Positions 42,268 through 57,226 are shown, numbered from the stretch's first letter. The stretch: 64,000 nucleotides of DNA from Octopus vulgaris (GCA_951406725.2 OX597821.1:88164001-88228000); one strand, 5' to 3'. Made by a program: numbers and translations. Notes: generated from the sequence alone by a model not told the origin.

Positions 42268-45224
42268 AATATCCACAAACCCTCCGCTTCCTAAATTCAT
42301 TTGCAAGGCATTAAACGGTCCCTCAAAGCTTCTGCAAGAGCACACAACTTTCTAGAAATAGGCACAAAATTTCCTTCATATCACAGCTAATCATATCAAA
42401 AGAAGAAGGCTGCATTAGGTAATGTAATGATAGATACCCCTACAAAGACTGAACGATTTCCTTGAAATAGATTTCATTATAAGTGATTTCAAGGTTAGTT
42501 TCATGGCTGAACTTTTAAAGCCTGTATATTAGCTGTTGTAAAGCATTCTATTGAATGTTGTTCATCATGAGCTGACATTCTGTTAAAGCATTAAAAATAT
42601 TTACTGGTTAGAGATTTTGGGCTGCTGTCATGCCAGGGCTTCGTTATCTAGTGATTTAGAAGAATATACAGTTCCTCGGGGAAGATTTTTTCCCTATTAT
42701 AACTCACTGGATTATTATATTTACTTAAAATTTTGGTGATCAACTTATTTAATCTTTCATTATCAAATTTGACACTTTTCATCGAGAATTTTTTTATATT
42801 TTCACCATTATTTGTCGCACATAAATACATACATATGTATCGCACGTAATTACATGCATGTATGCACGAACACGTAAACATGCATACACACCATCATATA
42901 CATTTGAATCTGATACCATTAGAAGTAACACAGCAGGTTGTGAAAGATAAATGTTATCAAGCCTTCTTTCTTGTGACGCAAATGCTTCGAAAGTATGTCT
43001 CGTTAATTAAATTATCTCTTCATCTATTATACACATATAACACACAGAAGCAAAAAAAGGATTTAAAAATGCAAATTGAAAGGAAGAAGAAATAAGCTAA
43101 TTCCCTTTGAGAGAACGTGTCTGTCTGTGTTAAAACATCTTAAATATACTGATTCATAAAGTATACGGTGTTAGGTTTGACTGTCACTCTGACTACCTAG
43201 TTATATCTCCTCAACATTTTATCTTTCCAACCTACATGCTTGCTTGTCTATCAAATCGACATGAATGTGTAAGATTGCTATGCCTGATATGTAGTTCTTT
43301 ATTTTGTTTTAGTCATAGGGTCTAAGATCTCCTGAACCGACGTTTATATTAATGTTTTTTTGCCACTGACATCACGTTCACCATTAATATTCCGATCGCT
43401 ACCATCAGAATCGTCAGCATCACTATCGTCATCATCATACTTTTCTAACCAGACTCAGTAATTTTATTGTTAGGAGAACACTCTAAAGCTTTGAACATGT
43501 TCTTGATCTAAACAAAGTTATACCACCAGATTGATTAGTATATGGTTGCTTACAGACAGATTCCAGTCCTTTTGAGACAGAGGATGAAACACATCTACCG
43601 CTACTATAATGGTCTCTACTCCTCGGGGCCGACTAGGTTCCTGCCACATTCACTCATTTCAGTTCGACTCGCCTCCACTTCTCTCATCACACTTCTCAAA
43701 ATCTCAACGCAATGTCAAGTCCATCTTTCTCAGAACGTCGGCTGTCTAGATTTCCACTCCACCTCTTCTTGTCTTACGTTCAGGTTGACTAATGAAGGGT
43801 GAAAGTGAACATTAATTCCATCAATCTCATCAGTTAATGAGTCTGCAAAAGCCATGAGCTCGTCTACGTCCTCCACAACCAGCAAGTAAAAAGAGAAAAG
43901 CATGCATATGGGCGCAGGCGTAGCTGTGTGGTGAGACTCCTAACTACATGGTTTAGAGATCAGTCCCATTGCATGGCACCTTGAAATTCTCATTTTGAAC
44001 TGTAGCTCATAAAGAATGTAAACAAACATGCGAAATGGGTCTCACAGTAAAATTATAAATTTCTGTTCCTGAAACTCTTTCATCCGGAACATATGTTGCA
44101 ACAGATTGACATTTAAAGGCCTTTATTCATCTTCAATCCCCAAAAGTCGATGAAACTTTGCTAGAAATTTCTCTGAGAAATCAAAAAGACATCTGTAGCA
44201 CATCATGTCAACCACCTATCAAATGCAGGGGCCAAATACTGCTGAGCACCGAGCAATTCCTAGATCCACCAACTTGTATACCGAAAGCCTAGTAAAAACA
44301 TAAGGTTCATATTATGCGCAATGGTGACATAAAAGACACGAAATATTGAACATATAAAGCAATGCTGCAGCATGGCCACCTATTTGCTCGATCTTGAAAA
44401 ACAACTGAGAGAACTCAAGTGCTTAACAATTAAATAAACAATTAATACTACTGATAGAAAATATTATATCAATAATCATTTTTCTTCTCTCCCGCATAAT
44501 TATTTTCCTCCCGCTGCTCCCCTTCTCCCTCATCATCATCACTGTCCTCCTTCCTCCTCATCATCACGGTCCTTATCACAATTGTCGTTGTTGTCAACAT
44601 CGTCAACATCTCCCTTTCCTCCTCCTTTCCCCCCACTTCATTACAACAGCCACCATCATAGTCATCATTATATGATTAGTTTGCCGGTTTTACAAAACGT
44701 CACCATCTGTTCACCATCTTGTGTTCGTCCTCGCCGAAAGAACCACAACTCATTAATCTCCCCCCTCCTCCTCTTTATCACACTCAACACCACCTACACT
44801 TAACTATCGGCACACCACTATGACTAAGGCTCCCACCTTCACCACGACCATAACTACGACCTAAATGTATGTACTTCTTCACACGGATACTTTAAAACTA
44901 GACCATTGGACAGACATAATATTGTTGGGATAAATTGGAGACGTCCACCGACTTTGATTGACTTCAACAGCACTTGACTCCATCAATTGATAAATAAACA
45001 GCTGGAATTCTCACCAAAGTTTCTTATCGTTCAAGAATTGTTCTATTAATGACATGGCTTTATAATTATTAAGTGTTAAATAAAGCTAGCTATGACAATA
45101 CCAGCAAAGCTAGCTAAGTCGAATAAAATACGGTAGTACCTCTGTTTTCGAACACCTCTGATCACGAATAAATTGTACTTTATCTCCTGTCTTTCTCATA
45201 TTCATTTAATACAGTAGTACCTCG

Positions 45225-45267
<43 letters not shown>

Positions 45268-45275
<8 letters not shown>

Positions 45276-45434
45276 ATGTTACATTACTCGGTAGTCAAGA
45301 TAAAACTCTGAGTTTCAGATGCCGAAGTGGAAATCCACAACACCATCTCTTCGAAATGGTGTTGTGGATTTCCACTTCGGCATCTGAAACTCAGAGTTTT
45401 ATCTTGACTACCGAGTAATGTAACATATTGTATA
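45268..45434. repeat. Perfect inverted repeat, 79-bp arms and 9-nt spacer, in a (TA)n-flanked PLE-type fragment
   Basis: tatacaatatg...ccacaacaccat-ctcttcgaa-atggtgttgtgg...catattgtata. Confidence 0.95.
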
Positions 45435-45676
45435 GATAAATTTCCTCTATTTACATAATATTGAGGTCTCTTTCTTTCTTTTGTTATCTTACCGTTTTAT
45501 CAATATATATATATATATATATACCAATTAAGGACTGAACACGAAAAGTGGACAGTCAACATGCTAGATATAGACGTCAAATCGTCATTCACCACAAAAG
45601 ATTATGTTCTCAGATCAAACTCAACACAAAACCATAGCAATAAACAAGTGAAAAATATACGAAATAAAATAATTAC

Positions 45677-45741
45677 CCATGTACTAACTTAGTTTCAGCT
45701 GTTATTTTCCGCAAGGAAAACTGCAGCCATCATCAGCATGG
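45677..45741 (-). ncRNA. Type I hammerhead ribozyme, GUA site
   Basis: Minus strand: ccatg-CTGATGA-t-ggctg..ttttcc(ttgc)ggaaaa..cagct-GAAA-cta(agt)tag-TA-catgg. 5-bp stem I, long stem II, one inserted U after A9. Confidence 0.78.
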
Positions 45742-45867
45742 TCCGTTATAAATGTAATTTGCTGGACTAGATGCAAACACGATACCGAAATATCGCGTGC
45801 ATGGAGTTCAGCCTATTACATTTGAATATATATTTCAAATGCCTTTACTTTGGCGCGTTGAAACCCG

Positions 45868-46011
45868 AGAAAACTAGCCTGCAGCTAATAATTAGCAGCA
45901 GTTAATTTATCGTTAGAGAACATATTTATTTATTAAAATTTTATATAAATAAATATGTTCTCTAACCGATAAATTAACTGCTGCTAATTATTAGCTGCAG
46001 GCTAGTTTTCT
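45868..46011. repeat. Near-perfect ~144-bp palindrome
   Basis: agaaaactagcctgcagctaataattagcagcag...ctgctgctaattattagctgcaggctagttttct. Confidence 0.93.
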
Positions 46012-46229
46012 AAATCCGGATTTATTTTTGTCTGTAAACTTCGGAAAATAACACATTCTTTTCGGTACGCATTCTCTCAATATTCATATTAGAGCAGGAT
46101 CTAAGGAAGGACACACTTAATCTCTTGAAGAGGCGTATTTTAGATAAAAGAAAGAGTAAAAGCGACGTGCAAAATTTAGATACATACTTGCAAAGTGAGC
46201 AAAAGTGTACGTTCGCCGATATATTTAAA

Positions 46230-46690
46230 TCCAAAAAATGGAACAAGAACGCACGATAAATGATGCGAAGATGGACAGGAAAAGCATAGATGGATCATTC
46301 GCAAGTTTCTCTCATCAGTCAAGTTACCAAATTATCCTTACAGTTTTGGGCAGTTACACCTGAGACTGTTCAAAACTGGCTGCCCCCCCCCCCCCGCCCG
46401 CCCTGAAATCTAAGCTAATAGCATTGAGTTTTGGGGAATATTTCGCTTTTGTATTTGCTTTGTAAGATGTATGTGAATTCGTGTGTTGAAGCATATTCTA
46501 TTGTGTCTAGAGAGAGTTATTCTCTTTTAGTGCCTTATTGCTTAACACATTCACCAGTTCGATTCCCACTCATTTACTTATTTATTTTGAAGAGGTTGCA
46601 AGATGTAATGAAAATTTTAGAAAAAATAGGTAAATGAATGGAAATCGAACCGGTGAGTGTGTTAAGTAATAAGGCACTGAAAGAGAATGA

Positions 46691-46692
<2 letters not shown>
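46230..46692. mobile_element. PLE-type terminal fragment with inverted repeat (~46512-46580 / 46630-46692)
   Basis: ttctcttttagtgccttattgcttaacacattcacc versus ggtgagtgtgttaagtaataaggcactgaaagagaa; ends at (TA)n. Confidence 0.6.
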
Positions 46693-46729
<37 letters not shown>

Positions 46730-47084
46730 TTATATAAAGTTAAAACATGGTCTGGTTTCAACTTTCCCTTATGATATTTTAACATAAGAAAAAAATATTT
46801 TTTTTAATGGTCATAAAGTTAAATTAGCGCTTTCAGACATAGAGTAATCATCACATTTGAAATGTGTTTAACTTACAGTTTAATTTTCGACAACTTTAGT
46901 ACCTCTTAGAACGCTCTAACAAGCTGAATTTTTTAGAATACGGTTTCGACCAATCCGCATGCAGGTTAAACATCACAGTTTGCCAGGCGTACTAATAGTC
47001 TGTAATTTGTTTATATTTATATGTTAGAGATATTTTTTAATCCACAAGATTAACTGATTGTTATATTATTGCTACTATTTCCCT

Positions 47085-47843
47085 TCAGAACAAGTTTGAA
47101 AATTTCAATAAACCGTTCTTATTTTATCTTTCCAACTTCACTCGTGTCATGAAGTTTGTGGAAAGGAAAAATTAGAAACATTTTCTGACCACATGTCCCT
47201 ATATGTTTGTCCAATGGAATTTAGCAAACATTGGTGTTCCGGATTTGATGTCTGTGGACTCGTGAGCGTTCCGATCATGGATTCCCTGTCTCGTCTATAT
47301 ATATTGCCTTGCAATTTCGGCATTTAATGGAGTAGATAACATTTCTGCTTTTGCATTTCATATTTGCATTTGTGAAAATCTGTCCATTTTTTGTTCTAAT
47401 GGATCTACCAATAAGCATGCATTGACATGTTCCACATCTTTTATCATTACACTTGGATACTATGAAGGTTTTATCCTGTTTGTTCATGTTGAATTTTGCC
47501 TTTGTTAATAGTTTCTTTAGATTATGTGGTTGCTTATGCTTAAGATAAGTGCCTGATTAGTTATTATGTTTTTTTAATTTTTCACTTTGATTGGCAAATT
47601 GGTTTTGATGATGTTAAAAATGTTTTGGTGATATGGATTGTGTGTTACTAGAAATGACATTGTGTTCCTTTGATATTTTCGTCCTTTACGTGTTGCCCTA
47701 AATTTTTCTATAGGTATGCTATTTTCTATAAGTAGAAACCCTTTGGATTCTATAAGTCGTGTGTTTCTGGTATTTGGATCATCGGCTATAGTACAAATTT
47801 TCCTGGCTAGATAGTACGGGGTGCTGCGTTTTGTACGTGGCAT
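47085..47843 (-). pseudogene. Penelope-like retroelement ORF relic: RT thumb, linker Cys motif and GIY-YIG endonuclease
   Basis: TKRSTPYYLARKICTI, LVTHNP, QPHNLKKLLTKAK, CNDKRCGTC, NVIYSIKCRNCKAIYIDETG..R.RVH; stops and frameshifts. Confidence 0.88.
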
Positions 47844-47854
47844 GAATTGGAATT

Positions 47855-48605
<751 letters not shown>

Positions 48606-49190
48606 CTTGTCATACATATGTTGAAAGAATTGTAATTAGTTTAAATAATGAATGTTGCGCATTCAACTTTCAAGATTCAAGCATTTATCTACTTATATGA
48701 ATGTATATACTCTGTGTACGAAATACCGATTTCATCGTTTTGGCGCAAGCCAGCAATTTGGGGAGACGGTCTAAGGGGGTTACGTCGACATTAGTGCTGA
48801 ACTGGGCCTTAGCTTTTCGAACCCGAAAGGATGAAAGGCAAATTCGATGTGGACGGAATTTGAACTCAGAAGGTAAAGATGGACGAAGTGACACTAAGTA
48901 CTTGATCCAGAATGGTAACGATTCTGCCAGCTCACCGCCTTCTCTCTATGCGAAACACCCATAGAGAACTCAAACATTCTTTGAAAAATGATACAGTTTT
49001 TTCCACAGACTAATATTTCGAATTATAAAAGACCATATGGAGTCCAAAGTAATGGTAATGTATCCTGCTCTGAATAACACATTACGCAAACCTTACACAC
49101 ACACCCTTCCAAAAGCAATAATCTTAATAATTGCAGTAACTAACTATAATTTCCCGCCAAAATTTGTAGCATTTTAACTAAGTCACAAAC

Positions 49191-49286
49191 CAGTAATTTC
49201 TCCCGAGTAGTGGTTTGACAGAATCAATATGAAGGCGAACAAAATACAGAGAAGAAAGGGTATCGTCCATATAAGTAGCGATATCT
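49191..49286 (-). CDS. Candidate 96-nt internal exon encoding a hydrophobic (transmembrane or signal-like) segment
   Basis: Good acceptor tgctttgttttacag|, donor actg|gtttgt, length divisible by 3; phase-1 frame ISLLIWTIPFLLCILFAFILILSNHYSGEIT. A second frame is also open. Confidence 0.35.
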
Positions 49287-49911
49287 CTGTAAAACAAAGC
49301 AATTATGTCGACTTGTAATGTCGGTTTCGATTCCTTCTTTAGATAACAAAAGAAATGGCCGATGTCCAATTGTCTATAAATTATAATAGTTTATCACACA
49401 TACATACCCTGGCTCACATGCTTACATATACATACAACTACATACATGTACACACACACACACACGCATATATATATATATATATACACACATACACGCA
49501 CGTACACACACACGTAAATGCACGCACATACGGGTACTCGCACGCGCACACTGATACATGCATATTTGTGCATCTGTAGGTTATATTAACATGAAATTTC
49601 ATTATTTATTTCAAACATCCTAAGATGAATTCTTTTTAATGGACACATTTTAGATTATGTTCTTGTAAGAAATTGCTTCCATGAAATGTTCCTAGATTAT
49701 TCTGTGTAAACACAGATCTCTCACTTACGTAGTATTAAATTGTGTGTGGTCTTTATTTCTAGTCCCTCTTTCCCCTTATTTTCTCCTTCTCTCGCTCACT
49801 CACTCTCTCTAGGTATATATATATACGTGTATGTATGTATGTATGTATGTATGTATGTATGTATGTATGTATGTATGTATGTATGTATGTATGTATGTAT
49901 GTATGTATATC

Positions 49912-50002
<91 letters not shown>

Positions 50003-50136
50003 ACGCACGCAAACACACAGACCATAGATACACAAACACATATACAGAGAAGAGAGAGAAAGAAAGACAATCACTCAACCCGTTTGCTTATACACTATCA
50101 AATATACAAATGAATGTTCGTAGAAGCAATTATATA

Positions 50137-50196
<60 letters not shown>

Positions 50197-50231
50197 AATA
50201 TCTATACAGAAGTATACATACATACACACTG

Positions 50232-50378
<147 letters not shown>

Positions 50379-52209
50379 TAGATATAAACTCACACACATA
50401 TATATAAACACACACATGCACACATATATATACTTACACACACACACATATTTATATATATATTTTATACATTTACAAGCAATGATGTACTTGATGATCT
50501 TTTTCCTGAAGGCACCACAGAGACTATGAATTATTAATCTCATCAATTTCGAAGCCTTTATGCAAGATAGTGAGAGAATATGAAACAAAATGCCCATGTA
50601 TTTAAAATTGCAGCAAGATAACTACACACACACACGCACGTATATACGCACACATATGACAGGCACACACTTACACAAACACACGCTGACCAGGAGTACA
50701 TATTACATACATACAGAGAGATAGAGAAAGAGATAGAGAGGGAGAATGTGTGGGGGAGAGAAAAAGAGGTAAGGAGAAAAAGTGAAAAACAAAGACAGGA
50801 GGAATGAATGATGCACGTTGGTACATAGATACTGGAAAAATGTATTTAATAGAAGCAATAGAGTGAAGTAACGACTATGAGTAAACGCATTCTTGATATG
50901 TTCCAGTGAAGGCGATTGCCTTTTACCAGTGAGCGTTACCACACTTTCATTTGGAGCTTGACCAAAACAACTGGAGCAAGCTGCAAACACAACATTTGCA
51001 GATGCACGCTGAAGCTTCTCAAGCTGTTGATGAATATTGTGGTCAAGCGAAAGAAAAAAGACAAAAAAGACGAGAATCAGAACAACCATTTATTCATTCA
51101 TTCTTAACATTTTCTGGTAGTCACAAAACTGAATATAACTTTTCCTAATGAACTTTGATTCGGAGAACAACTTCTTGCTGTCGATGACGTGTATAAATAA
51201 CGACTATCAGACACCGGTTTTTCGGTTTTATTATGCCTCTTTAGTCACAGAAAACATCCGGTCGGCCCGCATCAGCAGAATTGTTAATTTCTATAGTAGG
51301 AAGAGTCGTTCCTGTCAAACACCAAATGACCGGATGATTTACCTCACCTAGATATGTAAAAATATAACAAGAGAATATAATAGAGTTGGATTACTATCAT
51401 TTACAAGTGAAGCTTTTAAAGTATTCACATGTGGTTTGGACTAATTCTGTTATCGGTGCCATCATCACTGGCAGTTAATATAAAATACTCATATTATATC
51501 TAGATCATTGTTCTAATATAGGAACACAAGGTCTGAAATTTGGGTGTGCCGGTTAAGTCGAATAAATCGGTCACTTTACTTAAATGGTGGTTTATCATAT
51601 CGACACCGGAGGGATGAAAGGCAGTTATTAACACCAGCGGAATTTGAACTCAGAACATGAGCAAAATAAATGAATAACGCATAGAAATTTTTCTCATGAT
51701 GTTATAAGACTACAAACCAACTATATATTAATAATGCTTCATTAACTTGCAATAATGATTCCAAATCTTTCAATGAGACAGGCATAGTTAGCACGAACCC
51801 ACTTTAGTTTATTCCTTTCCAGATGATTCTATATTTCAACTCCACGTTCAGCACTTGTCTTCAACTACTATTAATGATCAACGATTTATTAGCCAGAGCT
51901 ATTAATGCGATATATAATTTGTTTTACAGGTTTTTTTTTTAATCAGTTAGAAACTTGTAATGTAATTGTTTTGTCTCATTTTATTTTTATCATTTGATTT
52001 CTTTTCTGTTTGTGACTAATGCAGTAATTTTAATCATCACACATTACTGAAACTAATTTAGTAAAGATAAAATCCATTAATCATTAAACCAATGCACTAT
52101 GCGTGGCATATTCAACTAATCTTCCCCATCATTGTTGAATTTGTGATGTAGCCGATACTAAGATTCGAACTTCCATCATATATTTTACTTCCCACTAATT
52201 TACGAACAA

Positions 52210-52446
52210 TACCTATTTCTTTACTACCTACAAGGGGCTAAACACAGAGGGGACAAACAAGGACTGACAAACGGATTAAGCCGATTATATCGACCCCAGT
52301 GCGTAACTGGTACTTATTTAATCGACCCCGAAAGGATGAAAGGCAAAGTCGACTTCGGCGGAATTTGAACTCATTTCGTAGCGGCAGACGAAATACCACT
52401 AAGCATTTCGCCCCGCGTGTTAACGATTCTGCCAGCTCGCCGCCTT
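52210..52446 (-). mobile_element. Family-B SINE, well preserved (decayed copies ~48735-48940, 51520-51660, 53850-54020)
   Basis: ccccgaaaggatgaaaggcaaagtcgac...gattctgccagctcgccgcc. Confidence 0.92.
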
Positions 52447-54659
52447 CTAATTTACGCTTAACTCGAGAGGATACATTCACACATCGATACACTTGGAACA
52501 ATAGATACCTGAGTCATACTTTGTCACTTAAATTATTAGTCTTTTGTTGTTTAACCCCTGGTCATACCTTAAATAGTGTACCTGTGATCAAAGGCAATCC
52601 TGTTGTGAACATCCCGTCTCCTTTATCGCAGTATATCTACAGCTATATTATCGAACCTGTTCTTTATTTTTTAAGATTGAGGTGTATGATATAAAAAGGG
52701 ATATGGTTGCTATTTTTAGCAAATCGAATGGCTGCTCACTGGCTTCATAAGGAATACTTTAAGTCTGCTCAAATAAAGAGCTACACAACAATAACCACAA
52801 AAGCAACAACAACAAATATAGCAACAACAACATCCACCCTAAGGACAGGATAGCCACATCTAGAAACACTGTTTGATCAGCTTCATTCATACTCTACATT
52901 TACTCAATCAGTGTTAATTTTAGCAATTCCATGGCTCGCAGCTCCCACCGCCATTACGAACGTTCGCAAATCTAAATTAGGAGTGATTCAGATCTCTTTG
53001 AATGGTTTTATAGTCTTTATAATTAAAAAACAGAAAATATATATTCATGAAGTATTTTGCCTTCTATTTTTTTCCCTCTTTCCTAACTACTTTCTCATCA
53101 TGACATTTATAATTTATTATTCCGTTTTTTCTCGGCAAATGTGGATATTTGCATATTAGATCAAATAATTAAGGAAGAACAAAGAATCTTTGCCCGTGGG
53201 ATGTATAATGATCACCTAAAAGGGAAAAAAAAGGTGTTTCTTGAAAGCAATATTTTAAATATATTTTAACAACATAGTATTTTATACTCTTTATTCTATA
53301 TTTTAACGATATTACCATATAATGAAAGTGTTGCTCTTGTTATTTAAGACCAGTCTTACTAAGCAAACCATGCCCATTTTTATGCGAGCATTTTGCATTT
53401 AACTATAATTACATTACCACATCTGGCGCGTCCTTCCTTTTTAAAGACATCTGGGCGTAGTTGCTGCAAATTTGGCTGGGAATAGAAGCAGGTCAAGCCA
53501 CTGCAGAGATATTCCCTCGTTGGGTTACTGGGACTGAGGTAATAAAACACACACATACAAGGCTTTCTCACAAGTCGAAACACTTTAATTTTAGTAAACT
53601 TTTATCTATTAAAGAACTACAAAGAGGTAGGCATTCTGTCTCCTACACATTTTTGCATTTTATGAAAGAATGAACTGAAATCAAATAAATTGGCTAGTGT
53701 ATTTAAAAGAGGGAAACTGCAGTAGTTGTGGGTATTTTTAATCCCCCAAGTTAGCCAGGATATAAAAGAAGATCCATTATCAAAATACTTCCAAGCTGTG
53801 AGCAACTCATTTCATACTTTTGAAACTCGAACGGTTTAAAATATTAGTTTCAAATCCGGCAATTTCGATAGAGGGGTCAAGTCGAATATATCAATGGGTA
53901 CTTATTTTATCGGCCACGAAACGATGAAAGGCGATGCCGATATTGGTGGAATTTGAACTCAGGCTATAAGGAAGGCCGAATTGCCACTAACCACTAACGG
54001 TTCTGCCAGCTCACTGCTTTAAAACATTTTAAAATATCCGAATCGTATCTAAGTTGCTCATGTGCCTTGAGCGACGGCTAAGTTGGGTACGAGAAACAAG
54101 TAGATATATCACTACTGATTGAATACGCGGTTAAATGCATTAGCAAGATTCTCAACAATAATTGTTACACCGAATAAAACTACGAAACAACATTTAGCTT
54201 GAACTGCTGTTGAGCTGAGGACATTGAAACATATAACGTAATACGGGATCAAGTTTAGCTATGCTGTAAGACCTTACAGACTCGTTTAATGACATAGAGA
54301 GTAAATTAATACGAATATAATGAAGATAATTGGTGGCAAAGGAGGAAGAGGAGACCATGTTTAAGCGCACATATATACCCATGTCATATAGACATCCACA
54401 CAAATAAACGCAGAAACATATCAAAATAGAGACATGAATGTATTCTACAGTATATGGTTCAATTCCCATATTTTCCTTCTTATGCCGTACTTGTGATTGT
54501 ACCAGCGGTCTTTATATCAGTTGAGAATCGAATTCAGCTAAGTGTCATCTGAGGAAATGTATCTAAAATAATTCTCTCTCACACGTATGGAGTTCTAATG
54601 AATTCATAATTTATCTTACAAGTGGAAAATGCATAGACAGGGAAACCAAACGCTATATG

Positions 54660-54952
54660 TATTTTTACTATAGTCTCGTGCCGACCAAAGCTTTTGAGTG
54701 GGTTTGGTAGACCAAAAACGGAAAGAAGTCCGTGTTATACATATATGTATATATTTATAAATGTGTGTGTGTGTCTGTACATGAGTGCGTGTTTGCAACC
54801 CCACCTTTGGCATTGCTTGACAACCGTTGCTGGTGTGTTTATGTAGCTGTGACCTAGCGGTTCGGCTAAACAGACCGATTGAATAAGTATTAGACTTAAA
54901 AAGAATAAGTTCTGGCGTGGATGTGGCAGACGGAAGCTGAAAGAAGCCCGTC

Positions 54953-55016
<64 letters not shown>

Positions 55017-55285
55017 GGGTGAGTGTTTGTGTGTGAGTTTGTGTGTGTGCGTGTGTATGTGTGTATTTGTATATTTGTGTGTCTGTGTTTGTCCCTCACC
55101 ATCGATTCACAGCGGATGCTGCTGTGTTTACGTCCCCGTAACCTAGCGGTTCGGCAAAAGAAACCGATAGAATAAGTACTAGGCTTACAAATAATAAGTC
55201 CTAGGGTAGAATTGTTCGACAAAAGGCGCTGCTCCAGCATGGCCGCAGTCAAATGACTGAAACGAGTAAAAGCATAAAAGGATAA
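54660..55285 (+). mobile_element. Two tandem partial family-A SINEs
   Basis: cctagcggttcggc..aa..accgat.gaataagta occurs at ~54853 and ~55142. Confidence 0.85.
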
Positions 55286-55733
55286 AAGAACAGAAAAATG
55301 TACACAGAAATATTGAAGTTGCGCGCGATAGAGAGAGAGGAGTTATTGGAATACATGCTAATATAAGAAAGTTTATATTTCCATATATCGCTATAAACCT
55401 TTGATTATATGTATTCGACCAAATGAGCAAAGTGTATTTTCAACTCACTGTAGAATAATTTACAGGTTTGTGGTTAAGACATTCATAGATAAACCATCAT
55501 GTTTATACCTAACCTGCTTAACGAGATGGAAACCAAATTTAATTACTGACCTAACGAACCATACATATATGGTAAACATACACACTACATTATTATATAT
55601 ATATATATATGTATATATATAGTTAATCCAAACAAGAAAACAAAAAAAACAACAACAACAAAAATACAACAACGCGAGGACGTGGAACAAATTAAGTATT
55701 ATTGGACACTCAGGAAAGAAGGGAAGAAGGAGG

Positions 55734-55768
55734 GTTTAACGTTTCGAGCGGAGCTCTTCGTCGGAAAC
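55734..55768 (-). ncRNA. Minimal hammerhead variant (CCGACGA core), copy 2, in PLE-type fragment 55620-55800
   Basis: Minus strand: gttt-CCGACGA-a-gagc(tcc)gctc-GAAAC-GT-T-aaac; perfect 4-bp stem I. Confidence 0.58.
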
Positions 55769-55807
55769 ATATAGAAGGGAAGACAGAGGAAGAAAATCGC
55801 CATATAT

Positions 55808-55840
<33 letters not shown>

Positions 55841-55842
<2 letters not shown>

Positions 55843-55891
55843 CGTGTGTTTGTGTGAGTGTGTGTATATGTGTGAAGATGTATACGCAACC

Positions 55892-55929
<38 letters not shown>

Positions 55930-55977
55930 GGTTGCGTATACATCTCACACATATACACACACTCACACAAACACACG

Positions 55978-55979
<2 letters not shown>
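55841..55979. repeat. Palindrome with ~50-bp arms around a (TA)n centre
   Basis: ggcgtgtgtttgtgtgagtg..gtatacgcaacc-(TA)n-ggttgcgtatac..cactcacacaaacacacgcc; one indel. Confidence 0.92.
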
Positions 55980-56061
<82 letters not shown>

Positions 56062-56354
56062 AGATCCAAGAGTCAGAATTAAAATATATTGGTTTGCGGA
56101 GATTTCACCCTAGCAATCGTTGTTTAGATATCTATTGGTGATGTTGCGAAACTATGCTGAAATCACGTGATACAATCATCCTAACACTAGTGCAGACGAG
56201 AATCCTGTGCCGATATGTAATCTGTGCATTTTAGCATTATTTCTCAGAACTACTGAAGATAATAGCACTTATACAGCGTATTCTAGATAGTATTCGTTCA
56301 AAAAAGACTCATTATACCGGCTCATTTCATAAGTCGCTGTAGCATTTCTGCTCG

Positions 56355-57226
56355 GTCGCGAAATTTGTTTCCCACGTGAGTTCCGGACAACAGTAATAAA
56401 CTCATTTGCATACAACCAATCAGAGCTCACTCTAACCTTGTTGTCAAGTTAACAAACACACTCTACCAAATAAACTCAAGACGAAGAACGGTGTTGTAAG
56501 TCGACAGATCGCCAAGTTATGTCTGATTTTAGAAGGGGACAAGTAATTAGACAGATTTACATCTATAAAGAATATCGGCTCTTGTTAGGGCCCCGTATGG
56601 TAAAGATGTGGATGAGAAAAATGTGGGTAGAAGGTGATGTGCTAGCAAAGTAAACAGCAACGCAAATAACTCCGCAAAGGCAGCCACAAGTAACGCGCGT
56701 GTGTGTGAATTATGCGTGCAAATGAGTCTATGTATGTGCGACTGTGTGCATGTGTGTGTGTGTGTGTGCTGCACGTCTCAGTGTGTGAGTTATACGTGTG
56801 TGCTTGTGCGCTTTTACGTTCCTGCATTCATTGTGGACTGCTTCCATGCATACGTTTTAGCCTACGTGTGTGTCTGTGTTTGCGCGCGTGTACTCATAGC
56901 TTTTTTTTTCATGCCTACATGTATGTATTCTTTATATGATCTACATGGACATCTCCATGTACATCTCCATCTGCGTATGCGAGTGATACTGCATAAATAT
57001 AAATATCTATGAACTTCCCTCTTACATGGTTGAAACAAGAACAAAAAACTTTCTTAAATGAGAAAAGAAGCATGGTCTTTCCTTTCCCAAGTGACCTTAT
57101 CTTATCGCCCATCACTTGTTATGCGCTCATAAATTAGTTTGATAGTTGAGCTCTGATTGTCTATATGCAAATGAGTTCATAACTGGGGTCCAGAAATCTT
57201 GTGAGGTGAAAAAAGCTTCGTTGCCC
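56355..57226. mobile_element. Old inverted-repeat element, arms ~56355-56436 and ~57141-57226
   Basis: aactcatttgcatacaaccaatcagagctca versus tgagctctgattgtctatatgcaaatgagtt. Confidence 0.55.
56695..57025. repeat. Local direct duplication (second copy 59338-59625)
   Basis: Shared gctgcacgtct..gtgcttgtgcgctttt.cgttcctgcatt..ctccatgtacatctccatctgcgtatgc..atctatgaacttccctcttaca. Confidence 0.9.

Noticed and set aside
51205-51250. HHR-like ctaaaga..ccgaaa on the minus strand
   Set aside because: Stems I and III cannot be formed convincingly.
53419-53534. Minus-strand exon-like frame SPSNPTREYLCSGLTCF...
   Set aside because: Weak splice signals and no recognisable homology.
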